From: Octopus bimaculoides
Lineage: Eukaryota
Assembly: GCF_001194135.2 (NCBI RefSeq)
Contig: NC_069004.1
Location: 9,521,739-9,570,206 of the forward strand
Length of the DNA stretch: 48,468 nucleotides
Direction: 5' to 3'
Positions 23,065 through 36,107 of the stretch are shown here, piece after piece. A model generated the notes under the pieces. It was not told where the DNA came from and did not search any database. It saw only the letters and a list, made by a program, of their open reading frames with translations. A program made the translations under genes and the position numbers. How positions within the stretch are numbered: position 1 is the first letter of the stretch; each line of letters begins with the position of its first letter.

Positions 23065-23505
23065 TTCTACTATAGGCGCAAGATCTGAAATTCGGGTGAG
23101 GGGATAGTCGATTACATCGACCCCAGTACTTAACTAGAACATATTCTATCGACCCCGAAAACCGGATAAGATGAAAGGCAAAGTCGACTACGGCGGAATT
23201 TGAACTCAGAACATAACGACAGACGAAATGTCACAGAGTATTTTGCCAGGTCTGCTAACGATTCTGCGAGTTCGCCGCCTTTTTAATAATAATAATCCCT
23301 TCTACTATAGGCACAAGGTTTGAAATTTTGGGTGAAGGCCAGTCGATTAGATCAACCCCAGTACGCAAGTGGTACTTAATTTATCGACCCCGAAAGGATG
23401 AAAGGCAAAATCAACCTCGACGGAATTTGAACTCAGAACGTAAAGACGGACGAAATACCACTAAGCATTTTGCCCGGCGTGTTAACGTTTCTGCCAGCTC
23501 GCCAC
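23065..23505 (-). mobile_element. Two tandem SINE family B copies separated by (AAT)n
   Basis: 23065-23280 and 23298-23505. Confidence 0.9.
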
Positions 23506-24150
23506 CTCACTCAATAACAACATAAAAACAACAATAATAATTACATCACTAACGTTATGTATTTGAGGCAGGGGAAATCACTTTTAACTGATGTTGGGGA
23601 AATTAAATAACTTATTGCTCAGTGCGAGTAACTCACATCATCAACACAGGTACAGAATTTTGACTCCGGTACAACACGCCACGTACTACAACATTGAATA
23701 CAAAGTTTTTACCGGGAATTAACTCGGAAGAAAGTAAAATTATTACACCGGTATTGCCTTGGTTTATTTTATTCACAGTTCCATAGATTAAAATTTAGTT
23801 CATAAACTAAGAGTTTTTTTACGCGAAAAGATTCAAGATACCACAAATTGAATAAAATATGGAACTCAACCACTAGATTCTGTGTTATAAGCATTTTTCT
23901 GGTTCACAGACAGAACCTTTATGTAATCTGTAAGCGTGATTTCAGAATCACCATAATATTTATGGTATTCAGCCGTGTGGAACAGACGGTGCCACGGTAC
24001 AGCGATTTTGTTGTCGTTTGGAAGTCTTCGTTCCCTTTTCCTATTTTCATTAATTGATTTATATTTCTTCGATTTTCCTCTTTTTTTTTCTTCTTATTTT
24101 CACTAACAATTAAAACATTTTTTGTCTGTAATTGTCGTATCAGTACTGTT

Positions 24151-24668
24151 AGGGACGGAACTCTGGCTTAGGCACCCGATATAACCGCTTATAACTTTTT
24201 TCTACTTTTTGGAATTTCAGAAAATTTTTGCGAATTTAGTTTCTACACACAGGGATTGAAAAAACCCAATTTTTTAAAAATTCTGACCCACCCAGAAATC
24301 CTAAAAGTTACACTCTTTTTCAGTTTTGGTTTTTCAATCAGAGTTTAAAATACGGACATTCCGAATTTTTTGTTTAAATCCCAGGTGCATCTTCATTCTA
24401 TTAAATGTTTTTGTGGAGAGAAAAATATTGAAAAACATCAATACATGTCAGAGCGACAAAGAAACGAGGAAGGTATCAGGTGGTCATAAGATGTGCTAAA
24501 AATAACAGCTAAATAGCCATTAAATCACACACTTTTTGTTTTGTTTTTTTGCATAATCGTATGCATTCCTGTGTATAGGACACAAATTCGCAAGAGTTTT
24601 CTGAAAATTACAAAACAAAAAAAGTTATGTGGGGCTATGTGGAGTGCTTAAACCAGAATTTTGCCTTG
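24151..24668. mobile_element. Old MITE-like element with about 27-bp degenerate TIRs
   Basis: AGGGACGGAACTCTGGCTTAGGCACCC versus the reverse complement of GGAGTGCTTAAACCAGAATTTTGCCTT; inverted ATAACTTTTT/AAAAAGTTAT sub-terminal motifs. Confidence 0.4.
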
Positions 24669-24896
24669 TTAGGGGACGAGGTATTTACTCATCTATATGT
24701 GATATTGAGCCTCTGCTATCCCCAGAGTTTTGACTGGTGGTGATCTGGAAACGGGTTTGTTTTTCTTTCTTCTTTGTTGACGTTCTTCTTCATTATTTTC
24801 CTTTTCCTTGTTTTTGTTTTATCTCCCATCCCCCTTTCTCTCTCTCTCACACACACACAAACATATAAATACACACACATATATATACATACATAC

Positions 24897-25058
24897 AACG
24901 GGCTTCTTTCAGTTTCCGTCTACCAAATCCACTCACCAGGCTTTGGTTGGCCTGAAGCTATAGACGAAGACACTTGCCCAAGGTGCCACGCAGTGGGACT
25001 GAACCCAGAACTATGTGGTTGGTAAGCAAGCTACTTACCAAACAGCCACTCCTGCGCC
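24897..25058 (-). mobile_element. SINE family A, 5' half
   Basis: Reverse complement of the family A head. Confidence 0.85.
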
Positions 25059-25949
25059 TATACTATTGATATTTATTTGATAAAATATCTGGAATGTCAT
25101 GTTTTCTTCCACTCTTGCTAAGTAACTCTACTACATGCACACATATAAAATAAAATATTTGCTACTCATAATTTAGGTCAAAGAAATTGATATGGTATAC
25201 TGTACTTTTTTTTTGCAGATTCCCATCTAATCCAAATACTTAATCTAAAAATGTAGTTTTTTTTTTATCAGTGCATAGACCTAACTATTATCCAGCCTAG
25301 TTCAAGCCCTGTATAACATTTTATTGTTACAGAAAATTGGGCGAAAACTAGTTTTTATACAATAGTTTGTAATTTAAATTTCCATTGGGTTAAAAGCCAT
25401 AACCCCCCAAATACTATTCACACTAAACATTGCATTTCTTAACTCTTTAGTTACTGTCATTGTTTGGGCCAGTGCACAATCTGCATTTGCTTCTCACACA
25501 CATGCACGAGTGCATGTGCATGTGTACATATATGCATGTGCATGTGTGCACAAACACACAGGCAGTTATGCTATGCATGCCTTATGCTTTGGATTGCCTG
25601 CTGAGCAGCTTACAGACATATCAAAAATTTATGCAATCAACATTGTAGTCTGGTTATGTTACATATCTTCCTGTATGAGGACGATGACTTTGCAAATATA
25701 GAACCATGTCTAGTGTGAGTAGGGTCATTAGTATGATGGAATAGGTGATGGAATGTGTAACAAATGTACACATAAAATAAAATTACATATATATATACAT
25801 AAGTATATATTAGCATATAAGTACACACACATATATATATATATTCTGGAGTAAGCACATAAATGTGAAACAAGGTGGAAAAAAGAGTACTCAAATACCA
25901 GAGGTAGAGTAATATGCTTTATTTAAAAGCAGCAGAAATATAACAAAAG

Positions 25950-25987
25950 CTGTTACTCAGAGTTTCACGTTCCCATTTGTCAGACAA
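25950..25987 (-). ncRNA. Degenerate minimal type-I hammerhead ribozyme motif (left arm)
   Basis: UUGU-CUGACAA-AUG(GGAA)CGU-GAAA-CUC(U)GAG-UA/ACAG; single core lesion G8A. Confidence 0.6.
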
Positions 25988-26045
25988 TTTTGTTAAAATA
26001 GAACAGAAATAACGGTATTGTTATTTCTGTTCTATTTTAACAAAA

Positions 26046-26083
26046 CTGTCCGACGAATGGGAACGTGGAACTCTGAGTAACAG
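26046..26083 (+). ncRNA. Degenerate minimal type-I hammerhead ribozyme motif (right arm)
   Basis: CUGU-CCGACGA-AUG(GGAA)CGU-GGAA-CUC(U)GAG-UA/ACAG; stems I, II and III pair; core lesions U4C and A13G. Confidence 0.6.
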
Positions 26084-26217
26084 CTTTTGTTATATTTCTG
26101 CTGCTTTTAAATAAAGTATATACATATATAGGTTATGAGCGAAAGTTCGGTGATTATGTGAATAAGGGAATAAGGGGTCCAACGTAGGTCATATATCAGC
26201 ATGTGTATGTATGTATG

Positions 26218-26270
<53 letters not shown>

Positions 26271-27204
26271 ATGTATATATGTGTGTATGTATGTATATAT
26301 GTATGCGTGTATGTATATATACATATATACATACACTCACACACGTGATTTAAATATATAAAGATTAATGTAACATAACCAGTACATGATGTATGAGTGG
26401 GTGTAGGTATGTTTGTGGTTGGGTATATGTGCATGTGTGGAGGCACATGGCTTAGTGGTTAGGGTTTGGGACTCGTGATCATAAGATTATGGCTTCAGTT
26501 CCTAGACTGGAGGACATGTTACGTTCCTGAGCAAAAACACTTCATTTAATGTTGCTTCAATCCACTCAGCTGGCGAAATAGAGTAATCCTGTGATGGACT
26601 GGTGTCCCATCCAGGTGGGGAATTTATATGCCATGGCAACTGGGAAACTGGCCCTTATGAGACAGTATGACTCAAGAAGCTAACCTTTGCTTTTATTACT
26701 GTTTCTTTTTGTGCATAATGTTGTGCAGCAGAGTGTTTCATTTAGAAAAGACTTATGACACCAATGTAGCAAAGGACTAGAATAGCTGTTTCATTTATCT
26801 AAATCTAAATTCAGATGAACACAGAAATGATCTTAACCTAATTTGATATCACATCTGGCAAGATTGATAACAAAAATATATAAAAACAACAAAAATTTGC
26901 TCAAAAGTTTTAAGATAACTGATTTTTAAAAATCTCCCATCCCCCTTTCTCTCTCTCTCACACACACACATACACAGAGGGTCACAAATCTGCATGTATA
27001 TCAACGTGAGATTTATATTAACATTGCTAAAAGTGCTCAGAACAGACAAGTAATTTATTTGCTGAAAAATCAGTCCTTTTTAGGAGAATGTTGCTTACTT
27101 TGTTAAGGGGAGGGGGTCTAGAAAAGGTGACATGAAAGTCATCTGTTCGTTTAATGTGGGTTGGCAGCCTGTGGTCAATGGCAGTTCATTATAGCAGAAC
27201 AAAT

Positions 27205-27650
27205 AATTGATTATTTTATGTGATCATTGCATTGACCATGACAGAGAAAGTTGTCATGGCGATATGTGTTCAAAGGCCTATGCAAAATTGCAGAGGAACG
27301 TATGAGCCGCACACAAGTGTACAAGTGATTCAAGTGTTTCCAAGATGGCCAAAAACTGTTGATTTTCATGATCATCCTGGGAGACCCACAACCAGCAGAA
27401 CTGAGAAAGACATCGCAGATGTGCATGCAGCTGTGAGAGGAAATCATTGAATCATCCGTGAGTTATCAGGGAATGTGCAGATTAGTTGTGGTTCAGTTCA
27501 GTCCATCATCATTGAAGATTTGGGTACGAGATGCATATTTGCTAAGTTTGTGCCCAAAATGCTTTCAGCTGACCAAAAAGAAACTCAGGTTTCATTTGCA
27601 CAAGATCTCTTTCATTGTATTGAGAATGGTGAAAACTTCTTGAAAACTTT
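27205..27650 (+). mobile_element. Mariner transposase N-terminal fossil
   Basis: MTEK..., GRPTTSRTEK, ISCGSVQSIIIEDLG..AKFVPKMLSADQK..ENFLK (WVPK.L-type linker), frameshifted. Confidence 0.85.
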
Positions 27651-27920
27651 GCATAGGCCTCTGAGTAGGTATTGCCAAGCTTTAAGCAAAATTTGATACA
27701 GATTTGCTGCTCAAATTTCTCTATCATGGTCAATGCGACAATCGCACATTACACACCTTCCTTCCAAGCACTGCTATAAACAGCAGAAGTGTGCTAGAAT
27801 GTTAAAACTAAGTGTGCATGCACAGCAGAGTTTGAGATCAATCATTGCCAAGCAGCTTCACTCTGCGTGCTTTAGCTTTGTTACTATGGCAACAGTTGGG
27901 ATACTTATTGATCAGACCAC
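27651..27920 (-). mobile_element. Mariner 5' end (TIR, UTR, first ~30 codons), inverted relative to the adjacent fossil
   Basis: MIEKFEQQICIKFCLKLGNTYSEAYAK; terminus GGTCTGATCAATAAGTATCC. Confidence 0.8.
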
Positions 27921-28090
27921 AAATTTATATATATATATACACACACACACATTTATGTGCATGTGTGTAATTTATATTTCTATATATATCATGTCATATG
28001 TAAATTTGTTTTTGAAGCACTGAAATGTATTGTAGTACAAATAGAAAGATACATTTTTTAACATGCAAGTACTGATAGAACAGCATATAT

Positions 28091-28356
28091 AGAATGAAAT
28101 CCTTACAGAGCAGAAAAATCTGTCAGCAGCCAGCCATGAGACTCAAATTCACATCCCTTTAATTTCCATATGTCATAATTTCTATTCCATCTAGCGTTTC
28201 TAGATGAGTTTATAGGTTCTAAAATTGCAGAAGAATTTGTCAATAAAGCAGTTTAGCTTAACGGTAAAGCACTTTGACTGGAAATTAAAGGGATGTGAGT
28301 TTGAGTCTCTTGGCAGATTGCTGACAGATTTTTCTGCTCTGTAAGGATTTTATTCT
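28091..28356. mobile_element. tRNA-headed SINE (28250-28356, +) with an inverted partial copy (28091-28168)
   Basis: A box TAGCTTAACGG, B box GTTTGAGTC; about 72-bp inverted arms. Confidence 0.7.
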
Positions 28357-28881
28357 CATAAAATTATTAACCATTTTTCTAACAATAACTCTGAGCACCT
28401 TTTCAAACTCCACCTGTCTAACACCTGTGGACATGTTTACAAAGTCAGAAAACAGCACAGCTCCCATGACTTTCGGAAACACTTTTTCACGCTAAGAGTT
28501 GCTGAAGTATGAAAGAAACTGCCGGCATCAGTTGTCAGTTGTCGGAGCACTGCATCCTTCAAAACTTCCATACTTCCTGAGATTCGCCAACACTACACCT
28601 GATTTTCTCCCCTCCATACACACACAAGCATGGATCTGACTCATGCACTGTTCACTTTCCAGACATTTGTACATTACTGCATATGCTTTATACGCACTTT
28701 TGACAAGTTGTAGTGCACCTGAGCACTGTATACAATAATTTCATTTGCGTATGTATATATATATATATATATGTATATATATGTATGTATATGTATGTAT
28801 GTATACNNNNNNNNNNNNNNNNNNNNNNNNNNNNNNNNNNNNNNNNNNNNNNNNNNNNNNNNNNNNNNNNNNNNNNNNNNN

Positions 28882-28916
<35 letters not shown>

Positions 28917-28998
28917 AGATATATATTTATATGTATATTTGTATGCATATATGTGTTTATATTTATGTACATACATGTGTGTATATATATATATATAT

Positions 28999-29029
<31 letters not shown>

Positions 29030-29259
29030 GTATGTATATGTATGTATGTATACATGTGATAATAAAGTATATACTTGGTATTTGTTTTTGACCTTGAAAA
29101 GATATTAAGAAGACAAAGAGATAGTAAGACGTTATCTGGGAGACACGTGAAATGGTTTATGAGAAGTTCTCCTATAAAACTGTGATACTTTGTCAGTGAA
29201 GCTAGTTCCTGGTGGTCAACTGAATTTGCAAGAAGAAATCAAGAAAATTCTTAACAATT

Positions 29260-29286
29260 ATGTATTACCAATGGAGAGATAAACAG
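29260..29286 (+). CDS. TTC38: TTC38 exon 1 (MYYQWRDKQ)
   Basis: ATG...CAG|GTAAGT; WRD motif. Confidence 0.85.
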
Positions 29287-32200
29287 GTAAGTCTTTTGCC
29301 AACATCCTACTCTAAAAAAATGTGTGAATTCACATAGCATAGCTGTGTGTTTAAAAAGCTTGCTTTCCAACTATGTGGTATCAAGTTCAATCCCACTGCA
29401 TGGTAATTTGGGCAAGTGCCTTCTGTTACAATCCTGGATTGATCGAAGCCTTGTGAGAAGAATTTAGCAGATGGGAACTGGAAAAAGCCCCTTGTGAATA
29501 CACACACACACATATGTATATTTATATATATATATATATGCATATACACATACCCAGGGTGTTCCAAGATTAAGGCAACCAACTTTTTTCAATTTTGTCA
29601 AAGCAAAATATTGTTATATTTCAGGTCTTTCTCTTGGGGAGAGAGAGAGAGATCTTTGGTAAAGCTCTCTGAACTTTCTCCATCCTATTCTTATTCTAGC
29701 AAATACACTTTCTGTTCAACTTCCTCCACAGCTAATTGGACCATTTTGGGAAGAAGAAATTATTTACAACTTCCATAGAGCCTCTGGGACATTTGAGAAA
29801 ATTAGTTTTTCATGTATTAGTTATCTTTATGGTTTCTTTACATTTCCACATACAAACATTACTTTCTCTGTTAACCTTCCTACTATTACAAATGTGATAT
29901 TGTGCATTGAAAATTTGTCCCCTAAGGCCATACTGTCAATCTAAATTTATACTGTGACGTTTTGAAATATATGAGGGAAGACATTCTGCAAAAGTGACTG
30001 GTTCTGTGGAGCACGAAGAACTCGATTCTTCATGATGACAATGCACTTTGTCACAGAAAACAACATGGCATCATTTCTGCACCCACGCTATTTGCCAGAT
30101 TTAGTACCTACAAACTTCTATCACTCCCCAAAGATGAAACAGCAGCTCAAAGGTTGCTGTTTTAATGTCATGGTTGAGATCCAGAAGGTCCTCGACTCAC
30201 TTATGGAAAACAACTTCTAATTGCATTCTAAAAGTGGCAGGTATGCTGGAACTTGTGTATTGTTACACAGTTGACTATTTCGAAAGAAATCATGTGAAAA
30301 CTTAGGTAAATAAGTTATTTTTTATTAAACATAACTCATCCAGGAACCTTTTAATATCACCTCATAAATATTTCAATACCCTAAATAACTCATTGATTAT
30401 AAATGCTTTTCTTATAATCTAATATGCGTAATTTTTCCCCTAAATTTTTTATCCTATTTAATAGATAACTAACTGTTGTGACATACAATTTCTTTTTCCC
30501 TAATTGCCATGACGTGGAATTTTTGATTATTTTTTTTTTATGGCTGTGTTATTTATTGATGTCATCAAAAGTTAAATACTAAACTGGCTTTTCTTTGAAT
30601 ATTTCTTCTAAACGTTTTTTTTTTTCACTTAAATTCATGCCTTTGAGATATTTTCTTAATTCATTTTGAATTTAGTCCATTTTGGACTGCCTTGATAACA
30701 TTGTGTTAGCATATATTTTCAGACATATTAATATGACTGGTACTTTATACCTTATTTCTGTATCTAAAAATGCTGGCACAATAGATATGGTCATCGTTAA
30801 TGTATGGTGTAATCATCAATTAAAGATATGAGTTTCTCCATTCTTGTTCTTCTTGTATGTACATATATACTAGCCTTGAAGCTGCCCTTTGCGCGGTATT
30901 CAGGCTAGCTCCTGCGGAAGGCACCTTTGAGATCTTCAGTCCCAATATTGGGCCACTTCGTGGCCCTCTACCTTTGTGTGATGAAACGCAGCATATTTAC
31001 GCTACTGGCATAAATAAACTTGTTTCGCGTTGGCAAAAGTGTATTGATTCTGATGGTGTTTATTTCGATTAATAAAGTTTTGTCTGAGCCGAGATATGTG
31101 CATCTGAATTTATAGGTTAAAAACCGCAAGAACTTTCTTGACAACTTAATATTAAGAAGATATATATGTATGGCACATGGCGCAGTGGTTAGAGCGTCAT
31201 GTTCGCAATCAGGAGGTAGTGAGTTTGATTCCTGGACCAGGCTGTGTGCTATGTTCTTAAGCAAGACACTTTATTTCACATTGCTCCAGTTCACTCAGCT
31301 GTAGAAATGAGTTGTGATGTCACAGGTGCCAAGCTGTATCAGCCTTTGCCTTTCCCTCGAATGACATCAATGCTGTGAAGAGGGGAGTCTGGTATGCATG
31401 AGTAACTGCTGGTCTTCCATAAACAACCTTGGTCAAACTTGTGTCTTGGAGGGGAAATTTCTAGGTGTAATCTCATGGTCATTCATGACCAAAGGAGGTC
31501 TTTTCTCTTTCTCCATAAGTATGCATACATGAGGGGAGTTTCCCCTTATGTTGATATTATGTGATGGCTGTAAACAAACTTCTTTCATTTCTAATCTATA
31601 AAATAGCTGAAATGCATGTCTGGCTATAGAGAAATGTATTACCTTACTTGAAAACAGATAAAGGTTTGTGACAGGAAGAGCATTAACCCATAGAGAATCT
31701 GTCTCAACAAATTCTGTCTGACCCAGAAATGAAAATGATGAGGAGAAGAGAGGGAAGGTTCAGAAAAGAATGGCAGTACTGTAGTGGTTGTGGTTTTGAT
31801 GATGATGATGATGATGACGGTGATGATGATAATGGTGTTGATTGTGGTGTTGGTGGTAGTATTGACAAAGATGATGATGGTGACGGTATGATGATGATGA
31901 TGATAAATGTGTGCACTATTTAATGTAATTCAAACATTCTGTCTTTCCCTAGGCTTGGAAGACATTTGGGATAGATTTATCATCACCCTCTGATGAAGCA
32001 TGCAAATTATTCGATATCAATTTGAATCAGGTGAAACTCATTCATTTTTATTCTCTTTTAATTTTATTTGTTTCTTTATTTTTCTTTATTTTCCAGTTCT
32101 GATACATAACTTCTTTTTTTCTAATTTTCTTCTGTATTTTCTCTTTTTTCCAACATTTTATGTGTGGTCATATTGTTGTAGCTCTTCTTCTTCTTCTTCT

Positions 32201-35200
32201 TCTTCTTCTTCTTCTTCTTCTTCTTCTTCTCCTTCTCCTTCTTCTTCTTCTTCTCCTCCTCCTTCTTCTTCTTCTCCTTCTTCTTCTTCTTCTTCTTCTT
32301 CTTCTTCTTCTTCTTCTTCTTCTTCTTCTTCTTCTTCTTCTTCTCCTCCTTCCAGGTGTGAGAGTATCCGATATATAATTCATTTACCACACCTGATATC
32401 TTTTGGTCACACTGTTTTATGTTTCTCTGCACACTTAATGGAGGACATCATAGCTACTACAGTTTCTTCTAAGCACTGTCCTTCCCTCTCTGTTTTCCAT
32501 ATTACTTACAGTTGTTGAAGCTTAATTATTTAGTTACCCTTCTCCTACTCCTCGCTGTTGTTGTTGTTGTCGTTGTGTGCTAATGTTGTAGTGAGAGACC
32601 AGCAGCTATAGTGACAGGTGTGTGTACAGGTGGGTGTGACAGCGTGTGTGTATGTGTATGTGTGCTTTAGCATGTGTGTGTGGATGGAATAGTCAGTAAT
32701 GAATCAGAGACAGTCTGAAGGGTGTGTGAATGACTGGATGTGGATGAGGGCCCAGAGTGGGGTCAGTATTTTAATGCAACTACTCTGTAACTAAAATATA
32801 GAATAATAGAGACTTGATGTGTTAAAAGGAAGATTTACTAATCCTTTCTACCACACCAGCTGGTCCGGTTCTGTAATGATGAGGCTTTCGGAGGCATTGC
32901 AACCACAACAACTAAAATGTTTGAGGCTGATCCAGATTTCAGTGAGTAATTAATTTAATTTTTTTAAAATTTAATTTTAAATAACAAATAATTTTGTCAG
33001 TGAACAGGTCGCAGTCTCAAAGTGACGAAAATATTTTGGCAAATTAAATTTAAATGTTGAAGTGAATCTAACGGTTTTTGTGTGTTTCTTAAATGGCTTA
33101 TAAACACCTTCCACGCTGCAATTGTTTTCATTCCAGCACACAATCTCAGATCAGGTCGCTTGCTATGCAAGTACATCTCTGTAATTTTAAATAATTAGCT
33201 TAAAAAAGAACAGTACACTGCCGTGCTTCTGTATTGATGAGTTGAGTTGTTTCCATTTTCTATTTCAAAAATCCAGTCATGGGACATGTTTTCCAGAAGG
33301 GTCTTGCTATTCTCTCACCAAACCAAAATTTACTTGGAAACTCAAGTTTCCAAGAAGAAGTCAAGAAACTGAAAGCATTGTCAAAAACTGCCACTGTTAC
33401 ACCATGGGAGGCACTTCATGTTGATGCTATTGAATGTGGTGCCAAAGGGTAAGTAAATAAGGAACAAAGTTTAATCTGGATAAAAACCAAGAACTGGTGT
33501 GTCTGATGCAGTACAAAAGCTGACCAAAATTTAGAATTTAATTTGAACTTATCACAGTTAGCTAAGTAAACTAGCCTTAAAAAAAAAGTAATGTTTAAGC
33601 AATTCTCCCCGCTTATATAAACAAATGTATGATTCTATTTAATGATTTAGTGATTCAGTTGTTAGACACTTTAAAACACAGGCACAGTGAGTTCATAGTT
33701 TCTTTGATGAGGCCAAATTAGTGTGAAATAACTACAGAGTTATCTTCTCATCATAATCATTATCATCATCATTTAGCATCCATTTTCCATGCTGGAATGT
33801 GTTGGATAGTTTGACAGGATCTGACAATCAAGAGGACTGCATTGAGCTGCTATGTCTGTTCTGGCATAACTTCTATGGCTGGATGCCATTCCTAATGTCA
33901 GCCACCATAGAGAGTGTACTGGGGTGCTTTTGCATGAGTAAGGTCACTAAGTAACTTGCATGATGAGACCCCCTTGACTAACTGGGAGTGTAGTATTAAG
34001 GAAGATGTGCGTCACCCTAAACTGGGAGCATCCAAATTAGTCTTGTAGAAGCCATTTCATGATGATACAAGAAGAGGACAATGTTGTCACACTTACATCG
34101 ACTACTTGATTGCAGAGACTGGCCTGGAATGTATCCAGGACCTCAAGGCAATGAGGATGGATTGAGAAGTGAGGCAAGTGGATCTTGTTGGTGTGGATTG
34201 GATTGGAAACTGACCATAATAATTAGAATAATCTGCAAAATTTCATAAAAACTATATTTTTCAGAAAGTTATAAGGCACTCATCCTGCACCTCTAATGTT
34301 AACTCTCTCTCTCTGTCTTTCCTTTACTTGCTTTCTCTTCCTCTCTCTCTATAGTGTAAAGCATGACAGGAGGAGTGGGGGTGCGTGGCTTAGTGGTTAC
34401 GGCATTGGATTCATGATCGAAAGATTGTGGTTTCGATTCCTGGACCGGGCGACACGTTGTGTTCTTGAGCAAAACACTTCATTTCATGTTGCTCCAGTCC
34501 TCTCAGCTTGCAAAAATGAGTAACGCTGCGATGGACTGGCATCACGGCCAGCTGGGAAACACATATGCCATAGAAACCGGAAAACCAGACCCATGAGCCT
34601 GGCTAGGCTTTAAAAGGGCGCATTTATTTATTATATGACAGGAGGAGACATCAACTAACCAATCAACCAACATTTATATCAATTATTATTAAATTAAACA
34701 TACATATCCTCTTTAACAAAATTTATGATGAAACAAGATTTACGATGATATATTTTAGAAATTTTTCTTTTAATTTTCAGAGATCTGTTAGGTGCCTGCA
34801 AAATCTGGCAGGACATTTTGGTAGAGACACCTTTAGACATTTTGGCTTTGAAACTGTCACAGTTTGCTAACTATTTTCTTGGAAAAACTCCTCAACTCCT
34901 CCATTCTGTTGCTAGTGTCCTCTCTCATTGGACTCCATCTGTTCCCAACCATGGGTAAGACTTATGTTCTTCTATATATGTTTGTATTTTTCTTTGAGTT
35001 TTATTTAAATTCTTCTTTAGTGAGTTTAAGCCAGTCACTAACGAAACTAAGCTTATGCACCATATAGCTGGTTTGGGCACAGAAGAAAAGCCATAGTATT
35101 TAATAATAATTATTATTCTTATCATTAAAATATTAATACTAAATTAATATACATGTACATTTTTTTAATTGATAAATTTATCTTATAAGCATTTTGCAAT

Positions 35201-36069
35201 GGGAATGGGAGTCTGGCTGAAATTCAAATGAAATGAAAATTACATGTGGCCTTAGCAACTACATCATCATCATCATCATTGTTTAACGTCCGCTCTCCAT
35301 GCTGGCATGGGTTGGATGATTTGACTGAGGACTGGTGAAACCAGATGGCTGCACCAGGCTCCAATCTGATTTGGCAGAGTTTCTACAGCTGGATGCCCTT
35401 GCTAATGCCAACCACTCCGAGAGTGTAGTGGGTGCTTTTACGTGCCTCCAGCACGAAGGCCAGTCAGGCGGTACTGGCAACGGCCATACTCGAAATGGTG
35501 TATTTTACGTGCCACCTGCACAGGAGCCAGTCCAGCGGTTCTGGCAACAACCTCGCTCAAATGTCTTTTCACGTGCCACTGGCATGCATGCATGTATGTA
35601 TATATGTATATATGCAAGTATGTGTATGTGTGTACATATGTATTTATGTATATATATAGTGTGTGTCTCTATGTATTTATATATATGTGTGTGTGTATGT
35701 GTGTATGTATGTATGTACTTATTTGTAGTCCTTTTTTTTGTGGTTCTTTTCTTTAGATTATATATGTTTGTGGTGTGTGTATGTGTGTGTGTCTGTGTCT
35801 GTGATTATGCATACATACACATTTATAAGGCAGCGAGCAGGCAGAAACGTTAGCACACCGGGCGAAATGCTTAGTGGTATTTCGTCTGCCGCTATGTTCT
35901 GAGTTCAAATTCCGCCGAGGTCGACTTTGCCTTTCATCCTTTTGGGGTCAATTAAATAAGTACCAGTTACTCACCGGGGTCGATATAATCGACTTAATCC
36001 GTTTGTCTGTCCTTGTTTGTCCCCTCTGTGTGCAGCCCCTTGTGGGTAGTAAAGAAATAATACATACAC

Positions 36070-36107
<38 letters not shown>

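Larger units (their letters stand above)
25917..26116. repeat. 200-bp palindrome: two 97-bp arms with a 6-nt loop; probably a Penelope-like pseudo-LTR remnant
   Basis: Arms 25917-26013 and 26020-26116 are reverse complements with 4 transition mismatches. Confidence 0.95.

Noticed and set aside
28250-28320. Genuine tRNA gene (apparent GGA anticodon); also the heads of SINE families A-D
   Set aside because: The acceptor stems do not close and each continues into a repeat body, so they are SINE heads.
32000-32518. Poly-Ser, -Leu, -Lys and -Arg ORFs, and the many YI/HT/CV-repeat ORFs across the window
   Set aside because: They are translations of microsatellites, with no splice or homology support.
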